Source: Kiritimatiellia bacterium (GTDB lineage Bacteria > Verrucomicrobiota > Kiritimatiellia > JAAZAB01). From it: a stretch of 64,000 nt of DNA. Position numbers and translations under genes: made by a program. Location of the stretch: assembly GCA_040767085.1 (NCBI GenBank), contig JAXGPF010000005.1, positions 128,001-192,000 of the forward strand. The letters are read 5' to 3'. Positions 17,271 through 28,637 of this stretch are shown piece after piece; position 1 is the first letter of the stretch; every line of letters starts with the position of its first letter. The notes under the pieces were generated by a model. That model searched no databases and had not been told where the DNA came from. It saw only the letters and a list, made by a program, of their open reading frames with translations.

Positions 17271-20074
17271 TCGCGATCCGTCGGCGACAGCGGCGCGTAC
17301 TGGCGCTGTTGTCGCTGGCGGTATTCTTTTTCACGTTCAGCCGCCCTTTGCAGCAGCCGGAGCGCCTGTTCCGGAGTCATCTCTTGCTGGTCGTCTTCCT
17401 CAGCCGTCTCCGCGGCCGCTTGCTCGTTCGTCTCGGCCGACTGCGGCTGTTCCGGCTGTTCCTGTTCCGGTTGCTCCTGTTTTTCCTCCGGCTTCTGCTC
17501 TTCTTCCGGCTTCTGCTCTTCTTCCTGACCATCAGATTGCGGCTGGTCCTGCTTTTCCTGATCCTGTTGCTGCTGGTCCTGTTTCTGCTGCTGGTCCTGT
17601 TGCTGCTTATCCTGTTTCTGCTGGTCCTGTTTCTGCTGGTCCTGGCCCTGCTGCTGGTCCTGCTGCGGCGGGGGCGGCGGGGGCGGCGGCAGAAGTTTTT
17701 GGATGGCTTGGAGCAGATCGCGGCTGTTTTGCTGGGCGCTGCGCGCCGCCGGCCAATCGGGTTTGTTCAAGGCTGATAGCGCCTTCTGCTGGCGGTCAAC
17801 GGCTTCCCGGGCGAGTTTGACGATATTGGCGCGCTTTTCGGCGCTGATGCCCTGCTCCGGGTCGACCGGCTGGCCATCCGGCGCGGGCGGCGGCGGCGCG
17901 CCGGTTTCCGGCACGGCATTCGTAAACCGATCCAGAAACAATTCCGTCAGGACCTGGGTCTCCGCCTGATCGTCGCGGATGGCATCCGCCTGGGACGACG
18001 GATCCTCTTCGGAAAGAGCTTGCGCCAGGGCGTTAGTCTGGCGCAGCAGTCCTTCCTGCAAGAGAGCGGGATACGGCGCCAAGGCTTTCCAGAAGTTGTA
18101 CACCCCGCCGGCGGCCGTGCCGGCCGCTTCCGGCGCGCGCGGATCCAGATCGCGCAGCCGCGTCCGCGTTTGCAGCATGGCATCCTGCAAGGCCTGAAAA
18201 TACAAATCCAATTGCGGCGGCGCATTGGTGGCGCTGCCGGTTTCCAGCGCCAGCCGCAACGGTCCCAGCAGATCGGCGGCGTCGCGCTGGCGCTCCGCCA
18301 AGGCCTCCAGGCGTTCAATGCGGGCTGGCGGCGCCGCGGTCAAGGCCGCCACGCTTTCCGCGGCAATGGCGCGCTGGCGGCGCAGGATTTCATCCGTCAG
18401 TTCGGCCGGGGGCTTTTCGCCGTATTGCTTAAACACTTTTTGCAGGCGGGCCTGCTCGCGCTCCCGGGGCAACACCTCGGCCACGGCCTCCAGGGCAGCG
18501 CTCGCATCGCCGCCATTGCCGTTGACGTGGGCAGCCTGCTGGAATGCCTGGGCGGCGTTTTCCAGCCTGGCAATCCGGTCGGCCGGCTGGATATCCGGCG
18601 CGTTGGTGGCCGCGGCAGCGGCCGCGCCGGCGGCCGCCTGCCACCAGGCGCCGCCCTGGTTATACAACGCATCGGCATCCGCCGGTCCGGCCTGGCGGGC
18701 GGCCGTTGCGAACAGATCCGCTGCCTCCTGGTAAGCGCAGGCGCGATAGAGGGCGCAGGCGGCATTGTACAGCAAGGTATTGCGCAATTGCCGTTCCGCC
18801 GTATCGGAGCGCGGGGACGTCCCGGGCGCATCGCCGGCGGCCTGCCGCCAGGCCTCGGCCGCGGCCTGGTAATTGCCGGATTGATATAAGCGCCAGGCGC
18901 GCGCAGCTTCCGCGCGCCGATCGGGCGCCGTGACCGGCGCGGGCGGGGCGGATTCGGCGGCCGGCGGCGCCGGGGGATTGGTTTCCGCGCCGGCGGATAG
19001 CGCCGTCCCCGCCAGCAAGACCAGGAATGCCGCGGCTGGTCCGCCCCGGCGGCGTGTCCCTGCGGCGGACGGCGGCCTGGGCGCGGCCGGCCGGCCGCGG
19101 CTCAACCCCGCCGCCAGCAGGAAAGCCATGAGCGCCGGCGCCAGGAACCACTGGAATCGCTCCACCATGCCGCGCCGGGAAGTCTCTTCCAGGTCGCGGG
19201 CGGAAATCGCGCGCAGGTGATCGTGGTAAAGCGCGTCCAACCGGACGTTGGAAAGTCCCACCGGCACGTATGCCCCGCCGGTGGCTTCCGCGATGTTTTT
19301 CAAGGTGGCATGGTCGAGGCGGGTAGCCACCTGCCCGCCCTTATACAAGACCTGCCCGCCCGGCGCGCGGTCATCCGGAATGGGCGCGCCGGCGGCATCG
19401 CCCAAGCCCACCGTAAAAATGACGATGCCCGCCCGCGCCGCTTCCGCGGCGGATTCCGACGCCCGGCCGGCGAGGTCCTCGCCGTCGGAGATCAGGATAA
19501 TCGCCCGATGCGAGCCGGCTTCCTCGCCGAACGCTTCGGCCGCCTTGCGGATGGCATCGGCCAGATCCGTCTCGCCGGGCGGCGCGGAATCAACCGTCAT
19601 CTCGGCCAACGCCGTCTCCATGAAGCTGTAATCGGTGGTGAGCGGGCAGAGCAGCACCGCGCGCCCGCGGAAAGCCACCAACGCCACGCGGTCGCCCTGC
19701 AGGGCGCGCAGCAAATCCATGACATCGGCGCGCGCGCGTTCCAGCCGGCTGGGTTGAACATCGCGCGCCAGCATGGACCGGGAAACGTCCAGGGCAATCA
19801 CCAGGTCGCGGCCGCGCTGCAGTACGCGCTCATCGCGGTACCCCCAGCGCGGCGCGGCGGCGGCCAGCAGCGTCAGCAGCAACCCGGTCAGCACGGCCGC
19901 GAACTGCGCGCGGCGCCGCCAGCGCGCCGGCGCCGGCAGGATTTTTGCGCGCAAGGATGCGTCCACCAACCCGGCCAGCCGCCGGTCGCCGCGCCGGTGC
20001 AGCGCCCAGAGCAAGGCGGCGAACAACGGCGCACCCCACAGCAGAAACAAAACCCATGGTTCGCCAAAATGCAT
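17264..20074 (-). CDS. BatB/BatC-type fusion: vWA domain + TPR + Q/E-rich tail
   Basis: ALDVSRSMLARDVQPSRL, CPLTTDY and ILISDGED (vWA MIDAS); TPRs; QQDQQKQ low-complexity linker; terminal ...RDW. Confidence 0.88.
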   Translation of the reverse strand: MHFGEPWVLFLLWGAPLFAALLWALHRRGDRRLAGLVDASLRAKILPAPARWRRRAQFAAVLTGLLLTLLAAAAPRWGYRDERVLQRGRDLVIALDVSRSMLARDVQPSRLERARADVMDLLRALQGDRVALVAFRGRAVLLCPLTTDYSFMETALAEMTVDSAPPGETDLADAIRKAAEAFGEEAGSHRAIILISDGEDLAGRASESAAEAARAGIVIFTVGLGDAAGAPIPDDRAPGGQVLYKGGQVATRLDHATLKNIAEATGGAYVPVGLSNVRLDALYHDHLRAISARDLEETSRRGMVERFQWFLAPALMAFLLAAGLSRGRPAAPRPPSAAGTRRRGGPAAAFLVLLAGTALSAGAETNPPAPPAAESAPPAPVTAPDRRAEAARAWRLYQSGNYQAAAEAWRQAAGDAPGTSPRSDTAERQLRNTLLYNAACALYRACAYQEAADLFATAARQAGPADADALYNQGGAWWQAAAGAAAAAATNAPDIQPADRIARLENAAQAFQQAAHVNGNGGDASAALEAVAEVLPREREQARLQKVFKQYGEKPPAELTDEILRRQRAIAAESVAALTAAPPARIERLEALAERQRDAADLLGPLRLALETGSATNAPPQLDLYFQALQDAMLQTRTRLRDLDPRAPEAAGTAAGGVYNFWKALAPYPALLQEGLLRQTNALAQALSEEDPSSQADAIRDDQAETQVLTELFLDRFTNAVPETGAPPPPAPDGQPVDPEQGISAEKRANIVKLAREAVDRQQKALSALNKPDWPAARSAQQNSRDLLQAIQKLLPPPPPPPPQQDQQQGQDQQKQDQQKQDKQQQDQQQKQDQQQQDQEKQDQPQSDGQEEEQKPEEEQKPEEKQEQPEQEQPEQPQSAETNEQAAAETAEEDDQQEMTPEQALRLLQRAAEREKEYRQRQQRQYAPLSPTDRDW

Positions 20075-20083
20075 GGTCAGTCC

Positions 20084-21118
20084 TTAAATCAAATGCCGCC
20101 CCAGGATCACATTCCCCAGCATGGCCAGGCACAGCATGACCAGCCCCGGCCACAGGCACCAATGATATAATTCATCATGCCGGCTGAAAATTTCGCTTTG
20201 CACCGGCGTACGCTCCAGCCGGTCAATGGACAGGAACGCCTCCTCCAGGGCGCGCGGATTGCGCACGTTGTAATACACCCCGCCGGTGTTTTCCGACAGC
20301 CGCCGCAGCAAAGCCTCATCCATGCTGACCTGCGCCTGCCGGATCACCTCCCGGCCGAAGATATCCCGCGCGCGGAATGGCGCCAGGCCGGTGGAGCCGA
20401 CGCCGATGGTGTAAATTTTAATTCCGAGCGCCTTGGCCGCCTGCATGGCGGTTTCCGGTTGGACGGCGCCGGTGTTAGACTCGCCGTCGCTGAGCAGCAC
20501 CACCACCCGGCTCTTGACCTGCGCCTGTTCCAGCCGCGCGCTGGCCACGGCCAGGGCATCCCCGATGGCGGTCAGCATTTCCTCCTGATTGATGACCCCG
20601 CCCTGGCGGTCGAATTGCGGCCGGGGCACCTGCACGCCCTGCAAGACATGAGTCAAAGCGTCATGGTCGAGGGTCAGCGGCACGCGGCCGACGGCAAACC
20701 CGCCGAATGTGACCAAACCGATCAGATCGGATGGGCGGCGGGCGACAAAATCCGCCATGGTGGACTTGACGACTTCCAACCGGCTGCGGAGCTGGTTGCC
20801 GGACGAAAAATCCAGCGCCTCCATCGAGCCGGAGATATCCATGACCAACTGGATGGCCACGGCATCGCTGGTGCGCGTCACACGGGCAAACACCATCTGC
20901 GGCCGCGCCAGCGCCACGATCAGCAGCATGGCCCCGCCCAGAAACACCCCCGGCAGGAGCGCGCGCAGCATGCGGCGCCAGGACCGCGCGGACGATGGCA
21001 AGGCGCCCGGCGGAGCGAAGAGCAACCCGGCGCGCATGCGGCGGGCATACACGGCCCAGGCGGCCGCGGCCCAGGGCAGCAGCAATAAAAACCATGCTGG
21101 ATGGAGGAATTTCAGCAT
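20084..21118 (-). CDS. batA: BatA vWA-domain protein
   Basis: ALARPQ, DISGSMEALDF, PLTLDH, TAIGDAL, LLSDGESNTG and KIYTIGVG. Confidence 0.9.
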   Translation of the reverse strand: MLKFLHPAWFLLLLPWAAAAWAVYARRMRAGLLFAPPGALPSSARSWRRMLRALLPGVFLGGAMLLIVALARPQMVFARVTRTSDAVAIQLVMDISGSMEALDFSSGNQLRSRLEVVKSTMADFVARRPSDLIGLVTFGGFAVGRVPLTLDHDALTHVLQGVQVPRPQFDRQGGVINQEEMLTAIGDALAVASARLEQAQVKSRVVVLLSDGESNTGAVQPETAMQAAKALGIKIYTIGVGSTGLAPFRARDIFGREVIRQAQVSMDEALLRRLSENTGGVYYNVRNPRALEEAFLSIDRLERTPVQSEIFSRHDELYHWCLWPGLVMLCLAMLGNVILGRHLI

Positions 21119-22098
21119 ACCGTCTTGCTTGCATTAGGCGCGGCCGGCAGCGCCGCGCCATCCGTTTCAATATATTCCCGCGCCGTCTGCACCGCGCGGG
21201 CGGCCACCGGATCGTCCGGCTGCCAGGCGGCGAATTTCACCAGGTCGGCGTTCCGCAAAAATTCGGACAGTTTAGCCAGCACCGCCGGGTCGAACCGGGC
21301 GTCAGCCGCAACCGCCGTCAAAAATTCCTCCGTGGTCTGTTCCGGCGCCCGGATGGCGTGGGCGCGTTCAATGTAACGCCGCACAATCAGGGACAAGGCG
21401 GCGAAAAACTCCTTCTGCCGGCCCGCCGCCCGGAGCCTGGATGACAGCAGTTGCTCCAGTTCGTACAAGGCGCGCTGGCGCGGCGACATCTGGCGCAGAC
21501 GCCAGAACCGGCGCAGACGCCGTATCAGCCGCCAGGCCAGCCAGGCGCCGGCGGCCAGCAAGGCCCAGCCGGCCGCCCGCCGGAGCAGCATCCGCCACGA
21601 CGGCATCACCCGGCGCGGCCCGCGGATATCGGCCACCTTGGGCGCGGCGATGACCGGCGGGAGCAAAGTCAGGGGCCGGGTGACCAGCCATTCGCCCGCC
21701 GCAGGATCGCCGCCAGCGGGGACGCAGGCCACGGCCAGCGGCCCCAGCCGGTATTCATCGTTGACCAGGGGCGTCAGACGGTAACAATGCTCCTGCACGC
21801 GCAGGCCGCCCGCAACCGACGCCGGGCGGGAAAACTCTCCGGCCAGCACAAACCCGGTCAGCCGCGGCACGATATCCGGCAGGCGCACGGCAATGTGTTC
21901 CGGCGCCCGCACCCGGAACGTCAACAGGATGTCGCGATCCAGACGGACTTGCGCCGGCTCGGCCACGATGACCAATTCCACCGCACCCTGCGCATTAGTC
22001 GCCGCCAGCCGCGCGGGCGCCTCTGCCGCAGCCGAATGGCCGAGCGCCAGCGCCGCCACGGCCGCGCCGAGGATTAAAATTTTCTTTTTGACATGCAT
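21112..22098 (-). CDS. Bat-operon membrane protein (DUF4381-like)
   Basis: Signal peptide, Ig-like domain, DIRGP-TM, then LSLIVRRYIE...APEQTTEEFL...ADLVKFA. Confidence 0.78.
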   Translation of the reverse strand: MHVKKKILILGAAVAALALGHSAAAEAPARLAATNAQGAVELVIVAEPAQVRLDRDILLTFRVRAPEHIAVRLPDIVPRLTGFVLAGEFSRPASVAGGLRVQEHCYRLTPLVNDEYRLGPLAVACVPAGGDPAAGEWLVTRPLTLLPPVIAAPKVADIRGPRRVMPSWRMLLRRAAGWALLAAGAWLAWRLIRRLRRFWRLRQMSPRQRALYELEQLLSSRLRAAGRQKEFFAALSLIVRRYIERAHAIRAPEQTTEEFLTAVAADARFDPAVLAKLSEFLRNADLVKFAAWQPDDPVAARAVQTAREYIETDGAALPAAPNASKTVC

Positions 22099-22197
22099 AT
22101 TTTGTCGGTTAAACGTTCGCGGCGGCGCGGACGCAGACGGCTCCGCCGGAGGCGTCGCCCTACCGTTTATGCCCGCGCGCACACCGGCCCTGCCCGG

Positions 22198-23088
<891 letters not shown>

Positions 23089-23185
23089 GCCAAGATTCGC
23101 TTTCCGCCGGGGTGGAATGCCCGGCTGCCGGCCGCCCGACGCGGGGACGGCCGAAAGGCGGCCGGCGCCGCGCGCCGCACAACAG

Positions 23186-24175
23186 TTACGGCACGGGAAT
23201 GTCGCTCAGGAGCCGCGTAATCAGCGCATCGCTGTCCACTTCTTCGGCTTCCGCCTCGTAAGTCAGGATTACCCGGTGGCGCAGGATATCGTGGGCCACT
23301 TCCTTGACATCCTGGGGCGTGGCGTAGCCCCGGCCGTGCAGCATCGCATTGGCGCGGGCAGCCATGTTCAAACAAAGCGTCGCGCGCGGCGAGGCGCCGT
23401 ACTCGATCTGGTGATCCAGCGGGATGTTATGCGCGGACGGCCGGCGCGTGGCGCCGACCAGGTCGAGGATGTAATCGCCAACCTTGTCGTCGCAGTACAC
23501 CTGGTCCAGCAACTCGCGCATGGATTCGATCTGTTCCGGCTGCAACACCGTCTGCACGGCAATGGTTCCCCGGCGCGTGAAGCGCTGCATGATGCGCCGT
23601 TCGTCGTCGCGCGAGGGATAATCCACCCGGCACTTCAGCATGAACCGGTCAATCTGCGCCTCCGGCAGCGGATAAGTGCCTTCCTGTTCGATCGGGTTCT
23701 GCGTGGCCATCACCAGGAACGGCTGCGGCAGGGGATAGGTTTTGTCGCCGATGGTCACCTGGCGTTCCTGCATGGCTTCCAGCAGGGCCGATTGCACCTT
23801 GGCCGGGGCGCGGTTGATTTCATCAGCCAGCAGCAGGTTGGTGAAAATCGGCCCCTGCCTGACATTGAAGCCGCCGTTGCGCGGATCGTATATCAGCGTA
23901 CCGATCAAATCCGCGGGCAGGAGGTCCGGCGTGAAACTGATGCGCTGGAACCGCAAGCCCAGCGTCTGCGCCATGGTTTTCACCACCGTGGTCTTCGCCA
24001 GGCCGGGCACGCCTTCCAGGAGAATGTGCCCGTCCGTGATCAAGGCCATCAGCATCCGGTCCACCAGCCGTTCCTGGCCCACAATGACCTTCATGACTTC
24101 CTGGCGCAGCCGGTCCAGCAACTCGGACTGGCCGCGGATGCGATCGGTGATCTGGGTGATTGCGTCGTGATCCAT
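23186..24175 (-). CDS. moxR: MoxR-family AAA+ ATPase
   Basis: HILLEGVPGLAKT, FTPDLLPAD, LADEINRAPAKVQSALLEAMQE and ATQNPIEQEGTYPLPEAQ. Confidence 0.96.
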   Translation of the reverse strand: MDHDAITQITDRIRGQSELLDRLRQEVMKVIVGQERLVDRMLMALITDGHILLEGVPGLAKTTVVKTMAQTLGLRFQRISFTPDLLPADLIGTLIYDPRNGGFNVRQGPIFTNLLLADEINRAPAKVQSALLEAMQERQVTIGDKTYPLPQPFLVMATQNPIEQEGTYPLPEAQIDRFMLKCRVDYPSRDDERRIMQRFTRRGTIAVQTVLQPEQIESMRELLDQVYCDDKVGDYILDLVGATRRPSAHNIPLDHQIEYGASPRATLCLNMAARANAMLHGRGYATPQDVKEVAHDILRHRVILTYEAEAEEVDSDALITRLLSDIPVP

Positions 24176-24362
24176 ATGCTTATCCTCCGGGTGTCACATC
24201 TTACAATTCCCCGCGGCCGGCGGCGCACCGGCATGCCAACGCGCCCCGCCCGCGGCTATTTAAGTTTACGGCAGCGGCCGCCGCCCCTTGGCGGGATCAG
24301 CGGTGTGGCGCATGCCGCGTTCAGAATGCCGAACGCAGTTCGGCCACTACAACCAGAACCCT

Positions 24363-24385
24363 GTAGCGGCGTCACTGCGTGACGC
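24363..24385 (+). repeat. Solitary GTAG-type REP-like hairpin
   Basis: GTAG-CG-GCGTCAC-TGC-GTGACGC in an intergenic gap. Confidence 0.45.
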
Positions 24386-24440
24386 AACCATCTCACCGGG
24401 CGGCAGCAGCGTCAGCCGGAGTTCCGGCCATGCCGGAAGT

Positions 24441-25826
24441 TTACGGTGCCGCGGACTTGGCGGCCGGTTTTTCCGCGGGCTTGGCCGCCGGTTTGACAGC
24501 CGCCTTGGCCGGTTCGGCCGGTTTTTCCGTCTGTTTTACCGCCGGCTTGGATTCCGGCTGATCTGCCGGCACATCGGGCTGGACGTCCGCGGCCGGCGCC
24601 GCGGCTGCTTCAGCCGGCGCGGCGGCCGGCTGCTCATCCTTTTCCTCGGGCTTGGGCGGCGGCGTGATCAGCTTGTCGCGTTCCAGCAACATATTGTCCA
24701 GGCGGTAGGAGCGCAGGATGTAAATCCACGGAGAAATTTTTTCAGCCAGAACGCGGGCTTCCTCCTTGGGGTCGGCCTTGTCTTTCGGGCTGTCTTCGGC
24801 CGCGGGCTCAGGCATGCCGGCCGGCGTGTTGGTGGCCGCGGCGTCAGATTCCGGCTTTTTTTCGGGCGCCGGCGGCGCAACATATTCCACCCGGGCGGTC
24901 ACGTAGCGGTCGGTGCTGTTGGACGACACCGGGTTGCCGATGTGCAGGGTGTACACGCGTCCGTCATTCGCGCGCGCAGTGAAAACCACCGGCTTATCCA
25001 ATCCCGTCGCGGCGGGCGGGAGGGCCGGGTCGGCGACATCGTCGAACGACAGGTAACTCAGCGCGCCGGCCAGTTGACTGAGTTTGCCGGAATCCGCCGT
25101 GCCTTCTTCCGGCTGCAGATCGTCGAGCGACAGGGTCTTGCTGACCGGGTCGCGCCGCACCTTGATCGGGGCGCGATCCGGCCCGGTGATTTCCACCTCA
25201 TCCAGGTCGGAGGCATTGACGTTGATGAACTCGTCAGCCAGCCAGGATTTGGCCGGCTCGATCATGTTGTCCAGCGTGCGGCCGACCACGGCCACCATGC
25301 CGTCCGTCAACCGGACATAATGGCCGGAAGGATATCCGCCGCCGCCGAACATCATCTGCTGCTGGCTGCCGCCCCGCGGCTGGGTATTGAAATGCTTGCC
25401 GATCAGCAGTTCGGCCAGCAGTTGATTGTCCGTGCCGCGCAATTCCAGGCGGGTAGCGGCGGAGACGGCATTCGATCCCGGCAGTTGCAGGTTGAAGGCC
25501 TCGGCCCGTTCGCTGCCGCCGGGTATCACCTGGCCGATTTTCAACTCGCGCAAGGCGACCAGGGTATCCGCCACCTTGTCGAACTTGGCCGGATAATTGT
25601 AGCGGGCGGGGACCGTCCAGCGCTGCTCCGCGCGCTGGATGGCGAAGTTCGTCTCCGGCGTGGTGATGACGATCCCGGCCACGTCGTTCACCGGCAAATC
25701 CTCGAACACGGCCTGGCCCACCCGGGCCGGCCGGCGCGCCTGGCGGCCGGTATCCACGATCCGGTAGGCCCAGAACCCCAGCAAAACCGCCGCCGCCAGC
25801 AATACCGCAAGATTACGCATTTTCAT
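24441..25826 (-). CDS. DUF4340-domain protein (Gld-like ABC accessory)
   Basis: N-terminal anchor, WTVPARYNYPAKFDKV and Ala/Pro/Lys-rich tail; downstream of the GldG-like gene. Confidence 0.8.
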   Translation of the reverse strand: MKMRNLAVLLAAAVLLGFWAYRIVDTGRQARRPARVGQAVFEDLPVNDVAGIVITTPETNFAIQRAEQRWTVPARYNYPAKFDKVADTLVALRELKIGQVIPGGSERAEAFNLQLPGSNAVSAATRLELRGTDNQLLAELLIGKHFNTQPRGGSQQQMMFGGGGYPSGHYVRLTDGMVAVVGRTLDNMIEPAKSWLADEFINVNASDLDEVEITGPDRAPIKVRRDPVSKTLSLDDLQPEEGTADSGKLSQLAGALSYLSFDDVADPALPPAATGLDKPVVFTARANDGRVYTLHIGNPVSSNSTDRYVTARVEYVAPPAPEKKPESDAAATNTPAGMPEPAAEDSPKDKADPKEEARVLAEKISPWIYILRSYRLDNMLLERDKLITPPPKPEEKDEQPAAAPAEAAAAPAADVQPDVPADQPESKPAVKQTEKPAEPAKAAVKPAAKPAEKPAAKSAAP

Positions 25827-25851
25827 GATATTTGCATTGCCTCCGTATTAA

Positions 25852-27807
25852 TTAATCGTTTCCGCCGGCAGCCAGGGAGGCGCGCCGCTGGCGCCGCCAG
25901 GCAAAGAGGATGCCGGCCGATCCCACCAGGATGGGAATCAACAGGATGTTGACCGCCTTCACCTTGACGCCCAGGCGTTCAATGCCTTCGCGCAGGTTTT
26001 TGCGCACCTGCTTGAGCTCGCCCTGGGTCCGCAGTTGTTCGGCCTTGAAGCGCTGGACTTCCTGTTCCTGCTCGGGCGACAGAATGTAGCGCTGGTTTTG
26101 ATCCTTGCGCGACTGCAGGGCGTTCAAGCGTTCGCGGGTGGCTTCCAGTTTTTCCTGCAGCGCCTTTTCCTGGAGCATCCAGCGCTGCTGGGCTTCCTGC
26201 TGCAGCGCCAGCACCTTGTCGAACGGCCGCTCGATCCGGCCGCGGGTGCGGATTTCCGCCAGTTCCACGGCGCCGGACAATTGTTCCAGGGCATTGGCGA
26301 ACAGGTTCAAATTGTCATTGATCGGCTGGTAGCCGCGGTAGCCGAAAAGATTGATCTCCTGCACGCAGAAGCTGTCGTACAGCATATCCACGTCGCCCAC
26401 GAGGATGACGGTGGTGGGCTGGACGCTGGCCTGCAGGCTCTCCTCCGCCGCTGCCGGGGGCGCATTGGTGCCGGCATCCGCCTTGACCGGCTTGCCCTCC
26501 GGGAAGGCGGTTTTAAAGTTGCCGTGCAGGCGCAGGGCGAGCGGCAGGCGTTCCAGTCCCGGCTGAAAATCGCGCCGGACCATGTCGCCGCCCATCTGCG
26601 CCATCATGCTGGGCAAAGTTTTGGACTGTTCGGAAGAAACAATCAAAGGCGTGAGCTTCAGCCCTTCCGCAGCCTCGCCGCGGAACACGCCGGCCATGGG
26701 CATGATCAGCGAATCGAGACGCGTCATCAACAGGTCGTCCCGGCGGAAATTGCCCGGGCGCAGGCTGAGAAACAATGGGCTATCCTCCACCCCGCTTTCG
26801 CCCTGGCGCACACGGGTGCTGGCATTGATGTCTGCCAGCACCTGGCCGGCGTCCCAGTCCAGGCCCCAAGCCTTCGGCAGACGGCCCAGATCGGAAGAAG
26901 TCTGCGGGGGCATGCCCATCATCATCTGCGGCTGTTCCTGGCTGCGGGCATCGGCCAGGCAGAGCGGATCGACGAAAGCCAGCACGCGGCCGCCGCGCAG
27001 CACAAACTGGTCAATGGCGTACTGCGCCTGGTCGGAAAGGTTTTTGGGATGCACCAGCAGCAGCGCGTCGATGTCGGCGGGTATTTCCTCGACTTCCGCC
27101 GTCAGCTCGCGGATTTCGTAATCATCCGCCAGGCCGCTGAAAGCCGCCCAGGGCGGCTGGTTGCGCGGCGGCGTCTGGCCGCCCATGGCGAAGGGCATGG
27201 CTTGCACGCCCATGACCGGCAGGCTGCTGATCAGGCCCAGGACCGGTTTGGCGGGATTGGTGACGCGGGCGATCATGCGGGTGATATTGTATTCCAGCAT
27301 GGCTTCATCGCGCGGATCAATGAACGGGATGACCGTGTGGGTATCCCCGCACACCGCCGCGAGGCCGAGATACAACGGGGGGCCGAGCATGCCCAGGTTC
27401 TGCGCCGCCACGCCGTAACGTTCCGCCCACTCCTCGGCGTCGGAATCCGGCTCCGGGTTGTAATTTTCCAGCAGAATCCGGCCGCCGCCGGCCAACTGGT
27501 ATTCGCGCAGAAGGTCTTCCACCTGCTGCGCGAAGTATTTCAAGGGCATGGGAATTTCCGGGGCGCCGGCATTGAAGAAGAACTTCAGGGTTACCGGCTG
27601 TTCCAACTGCCGGACAATCCGTCGGGTATTATCCGAGAGCGTGTACAACTGGTCTTGCGTCAAGTCCTTGCGCAGGCGGGAGGCGCCGACGATCAGGTTG
27701 GCGGCGATCAACAACACCAGCAGCGCCAGCAGTCCCGCCAGACTGCCGCCGATTTTCCAGAAACGCATCCAGTGTTTGTTCGAGTGAGTCTTAGTCATTG
27801 TGGTCAT
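25852..27807 (-). CDS. GldG-family ABC transporter auxiliary component
   Basis: DLTQDQLYTLSDNT, EYNITRMI, IDQFVLRGG and DNLNLFANALEQL; N- and C-terminal TM segments. Confidence 0.88.
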   Translation of the reverse strand: MTTMTKTHSNKHWMRFWKIGGSLAGLLALLVLLIAANLIVGASRLRKDLTQDQLYTLSDNTRRIVRQLEQPVTLKFFFNAGAPEIPMPLKYFAQQVEDLLREYQLAGGGRILLENYNPEPDSDAEEWAERYGVAAQNLGMLGPPLYLGLAAVCGDTHTVIPFIDPRDEAMLEYNITRMIARVTNPAKPVLGLISSLPVMGVQAMPFAMGGQTPPRNQPPWAAFSGLADDYEIRELTAEVEEIPADIDALLLVHPKNLSDQAQYAIDQFVLRGGRVLAFVDPLCLADARSQEQPQMMMGMPPQTSSDLGRLPKAWGLDWDAGQVLADINASTRVRQGESGVEDSPLFLSLRPGNFRRDDLLMTRLDSLIMPMAGVFRGEAAEGLKLTPLIVSSEQSKTLPSMMAQMGGDMVRRDFQPGLERLPLALRLHGNFKTAFPEGKPVKADAGTNAPPAAAEESLQASVQPTTVILVGDVDMLYDSFCVQEINLFGYRGYQPINDNLNLFANALEQLSGAVELAEIRTRGRIERPFDKVLALQQEAQQRWMLQEKALQEKLEATRERLNALQSRKDQNQRYILSPEQEQEVQRFKAEQLRTQGELKQVRKNLREGIERLGVKVKAVNILLIPILVGSAGILFAWRRQRRASLAAGGND

Positions 27808-27823
27808 ATGCTCCCGTCTGATT

Positions 27824-28561
27824 TTACTTGCGATTTTCCAGCGCGAGATTGGCCGCGCATAACATGAACGCCATCACGCTGATGTAGTAGGCAAAATCCC
27901 GGACATCCAGCACGCCCTTCTGGAAGGCCTCGTAATGCGGCATGAAGCCGAACGCCGCCACCACCCGCACCAGCCAATCCGGGGCCCAGCGCACGAGCAT
28001 GTTGGTCACCGGCGGCCAGCCGGCCATCAGCAAAAACAGGCAGATGACCAGGGCCAGCACGAAACTGATCACCTGGTTGCGCGTGAGGGCGGAGGTCAAG
28101 ACGCCCACCGCCAGGTAAGCGCCGGCCAGCATGAAACTGCCGACATAGCCGCCGAAAATCACGCCGTAATCCGGCCGGCCCAGCCAGGCCGTGGTCAGGA
28201 CGATCGGGAAGGTCAGCACGATTGCCAGGCCAAGGAACAACCAGGCGGCCAGGAACTTGCCCAGCATGGCCTGGGGCATGGTGATCGGCAGGGTCAACAG
28301 CGTTTCCATGGTGCCGGCGCGGCGTTCCTCCGACCAGAGCCGCATGGCGGCCGCCGGCGCCAGGATCAGGAACATCCAGGGATGCCAGAAGAAAAAGGCC
28401 CGCAAGTCAGCCTGGCCGGCTTCATAAAAATTCGAGACGAAAAACGTCAGGAAACTGATCAGCATCAGGAACACGATGGTGAAAACGTAAGCCACCGGCG
28501 ATTCGAAATAAGAAACCAGTTCCCGGCGGGTAATGGCCTTGGTGTTGCGTATAAAATCCAC
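27824..28561 (-). CDS. ABC-2 permease (GldF-like)
   Basis: RELVSYFESPVAY, MRLWSEERRAGTMETLLTLP, LGKFLA and SALTRNQVISF; GTG start. Confidence 0.9.
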   Translation of the reverse strand: MDFIRNTKAITRRELVSYFESPVAYVFTIVFLMLISFLTFFVSNFYEAGQADLRAFFFWHPWMFLILAPAAAMRLWSEERRAGTMETLLTLPITMPQAMLGKFLAAWLFLGLAIVLTFPIVLTTAWLGRPDYGVIFGGYVGSFMLAGAYLAVGVLTSALTRNQVISFVLALVICLFLLMAGWPPVTNMLVRWAPDWLVRVVAAFGFMPHYEAFQKGVLDVRDFAYYISVMAFMLCAANLALENRK

Positions 28562-28637
28562 TTTCTGCCTCCTTTAAACATTGATCGTTGAAACACATCC
28601 GCGCGCCGGCTTATAACCAGCCGGCAGGCCGCCCCAT

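Noticed and set aside
17480-17690. CTG/CTT-rich tandem repeats
   Set aside because: They encode the ordinary Q/E/K-rich linker of BatC-type proteins.
24288-27867. Long plus-strand ORFs (554 and 610 aa)
   Set aside because: Antisense to the DUF4340 and GldG-like genes; typical high-GC shadow frames without motifs.
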